A DNA stretch of 64,000 nucleotides from an uncultured Bacteroidaceae bacterium (GCA_964432125.1 CAYSMO010000001.1:1126-65125), one strand, 5' to 3'; counted from the stretch's first letter, positions 20,452 to 28,475 are shown. Made by a program: numbers and translations. The notes: a model not told the origin generated them from the letters alone.

Positions 20452-20985
20452 TTATTCAACATCGCGGTTGAGTTCAGCTATTTCAATATGGACAATGCGA
20501 TATCCTTTGAAAACTTCAATGACGGAAAAGACAACGCCATTGATGATGCCCAGCAATCCTCCAAAGAAAAAGCTGATTGCCACCCAGAAATAGCTGTTCA
20601 CCTCAAAATTGGATCGGATTCCTATAAGCACACAGGAAACGGAAAAGAACAAAAGTGCTGCTGAATAGCTTACAATCGTTATCCGTACCATAGAAATTCG
20701 GCGAATCAGGTGACTGATCTGAAGTTCGATCTTGTCTAATTTATTGAAGCCCTCCTTGGTGGATGAAAACTTCCCTGAGATGGTGGCCCGATCTTCCATG
20801 AGTAGCCTGATCCGGTCAACTACAAGGGAGTATCTGCTGTTGGTTGAATACAGGAGAATGGCAGATGCGACAATCATAATGCCGGGAACAAGCATTGAGT
20901 TGATGAGTTCAGCTGAATTTGGGCTCATGACACTGAAATTTCGTTTATCTGCAAATTTTATCATTTCCGATGGATTTGTCCTCAT
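20452..20985 (-). CDS. DUF2721-like membrane protein
   Basis: It has 3 predicted TM helices with a central amphipathic segment, and it resembles DUF2721-family proteins. The start may be internal (MSPNSAELIN). Confidence 0.45.
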   Translation of the reverse strand: MRTNPSEMIKFADKRNFSVMSPNSAELINSMLVPGIMIVASAILLYSTNSRYSLVVDRIRLLMEDRATISGKFSSTKEGFNKLDKIELQISHLIRRISMVRITIVSYSAALLFFSVSCVLIGIRSNFEVNSYFWVAISFFFGGLLGIINGVVFSVIEVFKGYRIVHIEIAELNRDVE

Positions 20986-21063
20986 TACTTCATGAAAAAG
21001 TTACAAATAAAAGAGGGAAGGTATGAATGAAAAAAGAGGCGTCTCTATTTTGCTGAGAAGATT

Positions 21064-21558
21064 TTATGTTCGTTTTTCAAGTATGTAGTAGGTGTGGTCG
21101 TATGGGTTTTCCCAGTCGGCATTTTTTTCGATTTTCGATACAATGCGGTAGTTATTGGGATCGATTTTCGGATAATATGCATCTCCTTCAACTTCTGTAT
21201 CAATGATTGTAATGTAAATCCTGTCGACCAGGTCCAGCGTCTGGCGATATATTTCGCCGCCTCCTACGATAAAAGCCTCTTCCGGGTTGTGTCCTTTTGC
21301 GATTTGAATCGCATGTTCTATGCTATCAGTTACAATCGCATCATCGGGCCTGAAATTATCGTTTCTTGTAATGACAATATTGGTCCGACCCTTTAGTGCA
21401 CCGTGGTTGGCTTCATGGTTTTTTCGGCCCATTATGACAATATGTCCCGCTGTAACCCTGTGGAAGTATTGCATATCCTCCGGCATTTTCCAGGGCAACT
21501 TGTTGTTTTTTCCAATCGCGAAATTTTTTGAAACAGCTACTATGTGGGAAAGAATCAT
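21064..21558 (-). CDS. folA: Dihydrofolate reductase
   Basis: ORF 21064..21609. I set the start at MILSHIVAVSKNFAIGKNNKLPWKMPEDMQYF, the canonical DHFR N-terminus. VIMGRKN and FIVGGGEIY motifs are present. Confidence 0.9.
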   Translation of the reverse strand: MILSHIVAVSKNFAIGKNNKLPWKMPEDMQYFHRVTAGHIVIMGRKNHEANHGALKGRTNIVITRNDNFRPDDAIVTDSIEHAIQIAKGHNPEEAFIVGGGEIYRQTLDLVDRIYITIIDTEVEGDAYYPKIDPNNYRIVSKIEKNADWENPYDHTYYILEKRT

Positions 21559-21775
21559 TTTTTTGTTTGCAAGATAACCAGAAAGACATATATGTGAAAT
21601 AAAAAACAAATAATTGATTCACTAAATTTAATCTAGACAGTCTTGTAAATGATTATAATATAAATAACAACGCCCTTATTTTAATTTAGAATTAATATTA
21701 ATTTCTAATATGTGTTGCGAAAGTCACTTTACTGTTACAGAAATAACAATAAAGAAATTATATTCGCCAATGAAT

Positions 21776-21795
21776 ATTGTGATTTGATTCACAAT
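21776..21795. promoter_or_regulatory. Perfect CRP/FNR-family type palindrome upstream of the hydrogenase operon
   Basis: ATTGTGA-TTTGAT-TCACAAT. Both 7-nt arms are perfect, with core TGTGA-N6-TCACA. The site is centred about 55 nt upstream of the ATG at 21841. A TAnnTTT-like -7 element (TATCTTTT, 21819-21826) lies just downstream. Confidence 0.5.
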
Positions 21796-21840
21796 TAAAG
21801 AGGAGCATCAAAAACGATTATCTTTTAAATAAAAACGATT

Positions 21841-22308
21841 ATGACATTACTCACTGAATCGCTAAAGGAAAAGGTCGAAAGACATGGTAAAACCAGGTCA
21901 GCCCTGCTACCGGTCCTGCAGGATATTATTGCCGAGAAAAATTATCTGTCGGATACGGATCTGGTTGAGGTTGCAAAGGAGATGAATATTTCTGCAGCTG
22001 ATGTTTTTGGTACGGCGACATTTTACTCTTTTCTTGATACAAAGCCAAGGGGAAAGTTTGTTATTCGTGTTTGTAAAACAATTTCATGCAGCATGAAGGG
22101 AAAGCATGAAGTTTTGTCAACTATTGAAGAGACACTGAAGATTAAGCTTGGCGAAACTACGGCCGACAGAAAGTTCACTCTTCTTGAAACAAATTGTATT
22201 GGCTGGTGCCATAAGGCTCCTGCTATGCTGATTAATGATGAACCCTATACAGAACTTACTTCTCAAAAAGTTACAGAAGTTCTTCAGGATTACATTAAAC
22301 ATAAATGA
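21841..22308 (+). CDS. NuoE-like [2Fe-2S] thioredoxin-fold subunit of an NAD(P)H-linked hydrogenase
   Basis: 155 aa. The NuoE/HydC Cys pattern is present: C-x4-C (VCKTISCS) and C-x3-C (NCIGWCHKAP). Confidence 0.85.
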   Translation: MTLLTESLKEKVERHGKTRSALLPVLQDIIAEKNYLSDTDLVEVAKEMNISAADVFGTATFYSFLDTKPRGKFVIRVCKTISCSMKGKHEVLSTIEETLKIKLGETTADRKFTLLETNCIGWCHKAPAMLINDEPYTELTSQKVTEVLQDYIKHK

Positions 22309-22392
22309 AACTGAAAAGCAACAGACAAGTTGTCGAAGAAGCTTTCATAAATAGTATTAAAAGGCGTTTTAGTCAGAAAAAAACAGGAAACA

Positions 22393-23553
22393 ATGAAAAA
22401 CTTACCTGCACAAAGAGTCGATCTTATTTTTGAGAAGGTAGCCACCCGGGAGATACTCGATAAGGTGCTTGATATGAAGCCGGAGGACATCACTCAAACA
22501 GTTATAGATTCCGGATTGAAAGGACGCGGGGGCGCCGGTTTCCCAACCGGAATGAAATGGCAGTTTGCTGCAAGGGAGAAGGGATCTGAAAAATATATCG
22601 TATGTAATGCTGATGAAGGTGAACCTGGCACATTCAAAGACCGTCAGATTCTGGATGAGGTACCCGAAAAGGTGTTTTGTGGTATGGCAATTGCATCCAA
22701 AGCTATCGGCGCGAAGACCGGATATGTATATTTGAGGGGAGAGTATAAATTTCTTGTTCCTAAACTTGAGGAGAAGCTGGCAGAATTTCATCAAATGATG
22801 AAAGAGATGGGGCACAAATTCGAAATCATTCTGCGCCTGGGTAGCGGAGCTTATATTTGTGGTGAAGAGAGCGCCCTATTTGAGTCGATAGAAGGAAAAA
22901 GGGGAGAGCCGAGAAACAAGCCTCCATATCCTACAAAATCGGGCCTGTTTAATATGCCGACCTCCATCAATAACGTTGAAACATTGGTTTACACGGTAAT
23001 GATCCAGAAATACGGCGCAGCACATTTTAGGGATTTGGGAACCAAGGATTCTCGGGGATCAAAAGTGTTTTCTGTGTCGGGCGATACGCCCAAGGCCGGG
23101 ATTTATGAGTTGGAACTCGGGATGACCGTGCAGGAATTTGTGGACCTTTTTGGTGACGGAGATACAAAGACGGTGCAGGTAGGTGGTGCAGCTGGATTTT
23201 GTGTTCCAAGAAAGAAATTTGAAGAGACCATCATCGGTTTTGAAGGGGTTCCTACAGGAGGTTCAATGAAGTTGTTCAACAGTTCAAGATCCATGTACAA
23301 TGTCCTTCACAACTACCTGGATTTCTTTACCGAAGAATCTTGCGGTCAGTGTACACCGTGCCGTGTTGGTTGTCAGCAGCTTTTAAAAGGAGTTGAAGCA
23401 GTTAAGAGAGGTGAGAAGAGTTCAAAATACCTTGAGGAACTGGTTAAGCTGGCTGTCACCATGAAACTAGCTTCCAAATGTGGGCTTGGTCAATCGGTAG
23501 GTAACGCCTTCAGCTCCATTGTAGAGAATTTCAAAGAAGAGATCATCTATTAA
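22393..23553 (+). CDS. NuoF-like FMN/NAD(H)-binding flavoprotein subunit (short form, 386 aa)
   Basis: GLKGRGGAGFPTGMKW (FMN site), ADEGEPGTFKD, and the N3-type cluster motif ESCGQCTPCR ... KCGLG. The protein ends right after this cluster, so it has no extra N- or C-terminal ferredoxin domains. Confidence 0.88.
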   Translation: MKNLPAQRVDLIFEKVATREILDKVLDMKPEDITQTVIDSGLKGRGGAGFPTGMKWQFAAREKGSEKYIVCNADEGEPGTFKDRQILDEVPEKVFCGMAIASKAIGAKTGYVYLRGEYKFLVPKLEEKLAEFHQMMKEMGHKFEIILRLGSGAYICGEESALFESIEGKRGEPRNKPPYPTKSGLFNMPTSINNVETLVYTVMIQKYGAAHFRDLGTKDSRGSKVFSVSGDTPKAGIYELELGMTVQEFVDLFGDGDTKTVQVGGAAGFCVPRKKFEETIIGFEGVPTGGSMKLFNSSRSMYNVLHNYLDFFTEESCGQCTPCRVGCQQLLKGVEAVKRGEKSSKYLEELVKLAVTMKLASKCGLGQSVGNAFSSIVENFKEEIIY

Positions 23554-23577
23554 TTGAAAACAGAAAAAACACCAGCT

Positions 23578-25359
23578 ATGGTAAAATTATCAATAAACGG
23601 TTTATTAGTTGAAGTTCCGGAGGGAACCACAATTCTTGATGCAGCAAAAAAACTGAACTTTAAGATTCCTGTACTTTGTCATCACGACGACCTGTGCGTT
23701 GCCGGGAATTGCAGGGTATGTGTGGTTGAACAACTAGGAGGGAAGGCACTGTTGGCATCTTGTGCTACTCCGGTTGCTGACGGAATGCAGATCCTGACAA
23801 ATTCCCTGAAGGTCCGCACAGCCAGGAAGCATGTAATTGAACTGCTGCTTTCAGAGCACAATGCTGATTGTACAAAGTGCTATAAAAATGGTAAATGCGA
23901 GCTGCAGAATTTGGCAAACGAATTCAGTGTCGGAGATCACATTTTGCTGGATTTGATTCACCATAAGGAGTATACGATCGACAGATATTCACCAGCCATC
24001 CAAAAGGACGACAGCAAGTGCATCCGTTGTCAGCGATGTGTCCGCACCTGCCAGGAATTGCAAGGGGTAAACGCTTTGTCTGTTGCCTATAAGGGTGATA
24101 AACAGAAGATAAGTACATTTTTTGACCACTCTATGGCTGAAGTTATTTGCACCAATTGTGGACAATGTATTAACCGTTGTCCTACCGGCGCATTGGTAGA
24201 ACGGACCTACCTGGATGAAGTATGGGATGCTATCCTTGATCCTGAAACCCACGTAGTTTGTCAGACAGCTCCTGCAGTAAGGGTTGGTTTGGGTGAGGAC
24301 CTTGGGCTGGAATCGGGTGAACGAGTAACTGGTAAAATGGTTGCTGCCTTAAAAAGACTTGGTTTTGATTCAGTGCTAGACACCGATTTTACTGCCGATT
24401 TGACTATTTTGGAGGAGGGAACAGAATTGCTTACCCGGTTGAAAAAGGCGCTGGTTGACAAGGATACAAGCACAGCATTACCGATGACAACTTCCTGTTC
24501 ACCAGGTTGGATTAAGTTTATAGAACACACTTTTCCGGAGTATTTGCCCAATGTATCTACCTGTAAGTCACCCCAGCAGATGTTCGGGGCTCTGGCAAAA
24601 ACCTATTATGCCCAGGCCCGTGAACTTGATCCTAAAAAAATCGTTACAGTATCAATCATGCCTTGCACCGCTAAAAAGTATGAAGCAGATAGACCTGAGA
24701 TGAGATCAAGTGGATATAAAGACGTTGACTTTGTTATTACTACCAGGGAGCTGGCCAGGATGATCAGACAGGCCGGGATCGATTTTGAACTCCTGAAGGA
24801 GGATAAATATGATAAATTAATGGGGAGCTCCTCAGGCGCAGCGGTTATTTTTGGTGCAACTGGAGGAGTGATGGAGGCTGCTTTGAGAACTGCTTATGAG
24901 ATTATTACGGGTCGCGAAGTACCATTTGAGAATTTAAATATCACCCCGGTACGCGGATTTGAAGGAATTCGTCAGGCTACAGTGAAGCTTGAAGGTTGTG
25001 TGGATGACTGGAAATTTCTGGAAGGGGTAGAACTGAAATGTGCTGTTGCCCATGGATTGTCAAATGCACGTAAATTAATGCAGGCTGTTAAGGATGGTGA
25101 GCTTGACGTTCACTTTATCGAAGTAATGGCTTGTCCGGGCGGATGCCTGGGTGGAGGTGGACAGCCCATTCCAACCAATCAGGAGATCAGGGAGAAGCGT
25201 GCTGCCGCCATCTATGCCGAGGATATGTCACTGGCCATCCGCAAGTCGCACGAAAATCCGGAGGTCCTCCAACTCTATAAGGAATTTCTCGGAGAACCAC
25301 TGGGACATAAATCTCACGAATTGCTTCACACCCACTATAAGGAGCGCGAACGCTATTAA
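23578..25359 (+). CDS. hydA: [FeFe]-hydrogenase catalytic subunit, M3-type architecture
   Basis: ORF 23554..25359, with the likely start at MVKLSINGL. The N-terminus carries a 2Fe-2S ferredoxin domain, a His-ligated cluster motif (HNADCTKCYKNGKC) and two [4Fe-4S] motifs (CIRCQRCVRTC, CTNCGQCINRCP). H-cluster motifs are L1 TSCSPGW (variant), L2 MPCTAKKYE and L3 EVMACPGGCLGGGGQP. Confidence 0.92.
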   Translation: MVKLSINGLLVEVPEGTTILDAAKKLNFKIPVLCHHDDLCVAGNCRVCVVEQLGGKALLASCATPVADGMQILTNSLKVRTARKHVIELLLSEHNADCTKCYKNGKCELQNLANEFSVGDHILLDLIHHKEYTIDRYSPAIQKDDSKCIRCQRCVRTCQELQGVNALSVAYKGDKQKISTFFDHSMAEVICTNCGQCINRCPTGALVERTYLDEVWDAILDPETHVVCQTAPAVRVGLGEDLGLESGERVTGKMVAALKRLGFDSVLDTDFTADLTILEEGTELLTRLKKALVDKDTSTALPMTTSCSPGWIKFIEHTFPEYLPNVSTCKSPQQMFGALAKTYYAQARELDPKKIVTVSIMPCTAKKYEADRPEMRSSGYKDVDFVITTRELARMIRQAGIDFELLKEDKYDKLMGSSSGAAVIFGATGGVMEAALRTAYEIITGREVPFENLNITPVRGFEGIRQATVKLEGCVDDWKFLEGVELKCAVAHGLSNARKLMQAVKDGELDVHFIEVMACPGGCLGGGGQPIPTNQEIREKRAAAIYAEDMSLAIRKSHENPEVLQLYKEFLGEPLGHKSHELLHTHYKERERY

Positions 25360-25374
25360 TAGACAGGGAAATAA

Positions 25375-25749
25375 CTAGTCAAATAATTCCTGAACTTCAG
25401 GTTGCATGAGTACCCAAATGGAATAGACCCCTTTTGCAGTGCCAATAGGGATGTTCAGGCAATTGATGGCTGAGATGATAATAACAATTATTCTTGACCA
25501 TTGCTTGTAGCTATAGAGTGATGCCCCTGCCAGCAAATCGAAGAGCCCAAAAAAGGCAATGATGCCGGCAAGCAGGTATCCGATTGAGCCTACTATTTCT
25601 CTTGCCAGGGTTTCATCCTCCGGGATATAGTGCCCTGCAATTTGTACCAGAAACATTAATATGATTGCACCTGCTATGGTGAGTGCTCCAAAAACAATGT
25701 GGAGAACTGCAACCAGGTTCACATGATTTTTTGCTTTGATCGTATCCAT
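25375..25749 (-). CDS. Small integral membrane protein (4 TM helices), unknown function
   Basis: 124 aa with four hydrophobic helices. I recognise no motif. Confidence 0.5.
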   Translation of the reverse strand: MDTIKAKNHVNLVAVLHIVFGALTIAGAIILMFLVQIAGHYIPEDETLAREIVGSIGYLLAGIIAFFGLFDLLAGASLYSYKQWSRIIVIIISAINCLNIPIGTAKGVYSIWVLMQPEVQELFD

Positions 25750-25881
25750 AATATATTTATTTAGTGATGAATAATCTAACGAGCAATTTCATGTTTTTAT
25801 CTATTGGGTCCAAATCACAGGACAAATGATCGGCAAAAATTCGGTGGATTAGCCAGCTATAAGGTTTAATTGCATGCCACT

Positions 25882-26373
25882 TTAATATAATTCTAGAAAT
25901 TCATAGGAATTGCCCACATGGTTGAGATACCTCTTGAAATCACCAAAAGGGATGACTACTGAAGCGGTATTTATATTGGGATGAAAGCTGATCTTGTCGG
26001 CGTTTAACAGGTTTTTGTCAAGGAAAACATGCACGTGGTTTTCGAGATCATTGATCAACGCGAAAGGACTCACCGATCCACCATTTACGCCCAGGTATTT
26101 ATCCATGCGTTTTTGGGATGCAAAGGAGATCTTTCCCTGTTTGAGACGCTGCTCAAGATCATGTATATCAAGTGCGTGATTGGATTCCAGTATGACAAGA
26201 TAATGTCGGTTTCCCTTGTGGTTCCTGAAAAAAAGATTCTTGCAATGTGTTGCGTCAATGTCATTCCAAACCTCCATGGCAATTTCAATGGTCGGCAAAG
26301 GTTTGTGTTCAAATATTTCATATTTCACTCCCAATTGTTTAAGTAGGTGCAATACCTTCTCTATTTGCTCCAT
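25882..26373 (-). CDS. YbaK/ProX-type aminoacyl-tRNA deacylase domain protein (prolyl-tRNA synthetase associated domain)
   Basis: 163 aa. It reads LLKQLGVKYEIFEHKPLPTIE ... HCKNLFFRN ... YLVIL ... GGSVSPFALIND, the pattern of free-standing ProX/PrdX-like editing domains. Confidence 0.7.
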   Translation of the reverse strand: MEQIEKVLHLLKQLGVKYEIFEHKPLPTIEIAMEVWNDIDATHCKNLFFRNHKGNRHYLVILESNHALDIHDLEQRLKQGKISFASQKRMDKYLGVNGGSVSPFALINDLENHVHVFLDKNLLNADKISFHPNINTASVVIPFGDFKRYLNHVGNSYEFLELY

Positions 26374-26695
26374 TTCAATTGAATTTTTAATGTTATTCCT
26401 TACAGCACGATTGCTGCGTTGCAGCTCTTTTTTTCAACTCTATAAATGCATTCATAATAGCCTGCGCACTCCTCGTTAAGGACGAGACTGGTACCCAATA
26501 AATGTGGGATATGCTTCCGAATTTAATGCTCCAGCCACTGTACTTTTTAGATAAGCGCTATTTAGGTTATAAATATAGAGTCCTTTTTTCAGCTTTAGAA
26601 ATTTTTTCAATGCACCCTATACATAGTTAGAATGAAAATTGTAATAATTTGTAATTATCCATTAACTTTGAAATATCATCAATACATTTTATCCT

Positions 26696-27364
26696 ATGGA
26701 AGTAGTGGACAGCAACCCCAGAAAACTTATTCCCTCAGCCGGCGAGGCCTACAGCGTCAGTTGGAATATAATGTGGAAATCATTTATTACTTTGTTGGTA
26801 GTTGCCATTCTATATGGTATTATTTCGGGGCCTACCGCCATGTTGCAATGGAAAACAGATGGTTTTGATGGGCGTATTATCCCTGTTATGCTATTCGGAT
26901 TGGGTTTTGCATTGCTCATTACCGGACCTGTGGGATATAGTACAAAGTGGGTGTTTTTGAAGGCCGTAAGGGGGGAACCCGTTGATATAAGAGATATGTT
27001 TGTGGTTTTTCAACGCAATTACTGGAATGCCGTTGTAGCAAATGTATTGGTGGGACTCATCGTCGGAATAGGTTTTTTTATGCTGATTATTCCGGGGATA
27101 ATTTTTGCCTGCAGACTTGCTTTTGTTCCCTACCTGATTATTGACAGAGAGATGGATATAAGCTCAGCAATTGATCAGAGCTGGAAGATGACTAAAGGGT
27201 ATGGCTGGCAGATTTTTTTTATGGGGATTATGGCCATAGTTATTGTAATTTTAGGATTCCTTGCCCTGTTTGTCGGGGTGATCATATCAGTTACGTGGAT
27301 CATGACCGCCTTTGCTGCCTTTTACCAGGCTGTAATTGAACAAGAGGGCTATTTTAAGCAATAA
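26696..27364 (+). CDS. Integral membrane protein, DUF975-like topology, unknown function
   Basis: 222 aa with about 5 TM helices. The family assignment is tentative. Confidence 0.5.
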   Translation: MEVVDSNPRKLIPSAGEAYSVSWNIMWKSFITLLVVAILYGIISGPTAMLQWKTDGFDGRIIPVMLFGLGFALLITGPVGYSTKWVFLKAVRGEPVDIRDMFVVFQRNYWNAVVANVLVGLIVGIGFFMLIIPGIIFACRLAFVPYLIIDREMDISSAIDQSWKMTKGYGWQIFFMGIMAIVIVILGFLALFVGVIISVTWIMTAFAAFYQAVIEQEGYFKQ

Positions 27365-27438
27365 CCTCTTTCTCATCTTAAGACAAGATTTATAAACAAA
27401 TACCTGCCATTATACAAATTATCGGTGGCAATGTAGCG

Positions 27439-27513
27439 TGGGACATACTGGATTCGAACCAGTGACTTCTACCCTGTCAAGGTAGCGCTCTAAACCAACT
27501 GAGCTAATGCCCC
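27439..27513 (-). tRNA. tRNA-Val (anticodon GAC)
   Basis: Folded by hand as GGGGCAT-TA-GCTC-AGTTGGTTTA-GAGC-G-CTACC-TTGACAG-GGTAG-AAGTC-ACTGG-TTCGAAT-CCAGT-ATGTCCC-A. The acceptor stem is 7 bp with one G-U pair. U8, U33 and the T-loop TTCGAAT are present. CCA is not encoded. Confidence 0.93.
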
Positions 27514-27548
27514 ATTAAAGAAGGCGTTCAGAATACAAATATATATGC

Positions 27549-27589
27549 GGCTGGTACAGAAACAACGGACTATTAGCATAAAACCAGCC
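27549..27589 (-). terminator. Hairpin downstream of the class IV aminotransferase gene
   Basis: GGCTGGT (27549-27555) pairs with ACCAGCC (27583-27589), a 7-bp stem with a 27-nt loop, 34 nt after the stop at 27623. The terminator call is weak because the loop is large and there is no clear U-run. Confidence 0.25.
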
Positions 27590-27622
27590 AACTGAAGTGC
27601 AAAAGTAGAAAATGTTTTGGAA

Positions 27623-28432
27623 TTATTGGTTATCCATGTTCCGAATCATCTGATTAAACTCAGCCATGATGATTCTCAATACCGGATCCTGAACATCATA
27701 AGTGATCGAATCGAGCTGCTTAATGGGAAGCACCTTGGGGGAGGTTCCCGATATAAAGCAGCTTTTCATATACCCTGCCTCTGATTGGGATACCGCTTTT
27801 TCAACAACCCTGAAACTGTGGGCGTAGCATAGTTGGATAACATATTTTCTCGTGATCCCGGGAAGTATTATCTTTTCAGGAGCTGTATAAATGTGACAAT
27901 TCTTGTCAATAAAAAAGAGGTTGGAACGACTGCCTTCCGTGAGCTCTCCCCGCGCATTTAACAATATGGCTTCATAGATTTTATTTTGTTGTATATAATT
28001 ACTGACATTGTGACGGAATTTTTCGTTCCATCTTTTGACTGTTGGCTCCGGCCTCTCAAATGAATAGGTCTTTGTGCACACTCCTTTTCTGTAGTCCTCA
28101 TCGGACGGATAAAAATGCGGCACAAAAAAGCAGGCAATATGGGTTACATCTCCTTTTTCATACACCAGAAGCCTTATGTTTCCATTGCTTCTTGAAGTAT
28201 TAGAGATAAGCATTTTCAGATGACTGATAAGGGTTGCATTTTCAGGACATTTTTCACCCGCTTTGGCACAGGAATTTTTTAGCCTTTCAAGGTGATCGTC
28301 GATAAAGAGAAGCTGCCCGTTCATGAGTCTGATAACTTCGTAGATGACACCAACCGGTACACCAGTATTAAAATCATTTACTGCTGAAACCACTCCATTA
28401 AGGATTACCAGATTGTCTGGTTTGTTTCTCAT
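27623..28432 (-). CDS. Aminotransferase class IV (branched-chain aminotransferase / aminodeoxychorismate lyase-like)
   Basis: 269 aa. The fold-type IV pattern is present: ... ERL ... NIRLLVY ..., EGSRSNLFFI, GITR and ISGTS. The specific substrate cannot be assigned. Confidence 0.7.
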   Translation of the reverse strand: MRNKPDNLVILNGVVSAVNDFNTGVPVGVIYEVIRLMNGQLLFIDDHLERLKNSCAKAGEKCPENATLISHLKMLISNTSRSNGNIRLLVYEKGDVTHIACFFVPHFYPSDEDYRKGVCTKTYSFERPEPTVKRWNEKFRHNVSNYIQQNKIYEAILLNARGELTEGSRSNLFFIDKNCHIYTAPEKIILPGITRKYVIQLCYAHSFRVVEKAVSQSEAGYMKSCFISGTSPKVLPIKQLDSITYDVQDPVLRIIMAEFNQMIRNMDNQ

Positions 28433-28475
28433 AGATCAGTCTGCTATTATACATCGAACAGGTTTTTATACCGCT

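Noticed and set aside
21797-21807. Shine-Dalgarno-like AAAGAGGAGCA upstream of the hydrogenase operon, considered as evidence for an earlier start codon.
   Set aside because: It lies 34 nt or more from the ATG at 21841. No in-frame canonical start follows it at SD distance, and the NuoE-like protein is full length from 21841.
22304-22435. 43-codon ORF (MKLKSNRQVVEEAFINSIKRRFSQKKTGNNEKLTCTKSRSYF) starting in an ATGA overlap with the NuoE-like stop. I considered it as a possible extra small hydrogenase subunit or evidence of a frameshifted NuoF N-terminus.
   Set aside because: It overlaps the NuoF-like start in another frame. The NuoF-like ORF has an in-frame stop at 22348-22350 and a sensible N-terminus from ATG 22393. 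The peptide is basic and featureless.
27365-27622. Flanks of tRNA-Val, checked as a possible integration hotspot (integrase gene, direct repeat of the tRNA 3' end, island boundary).
   Set aside because: No integrase or phage genes lie on either side. I saw no duplicate of the tRNA 3' segment, and the neighbours are ordinary metabolic or membrane genes.
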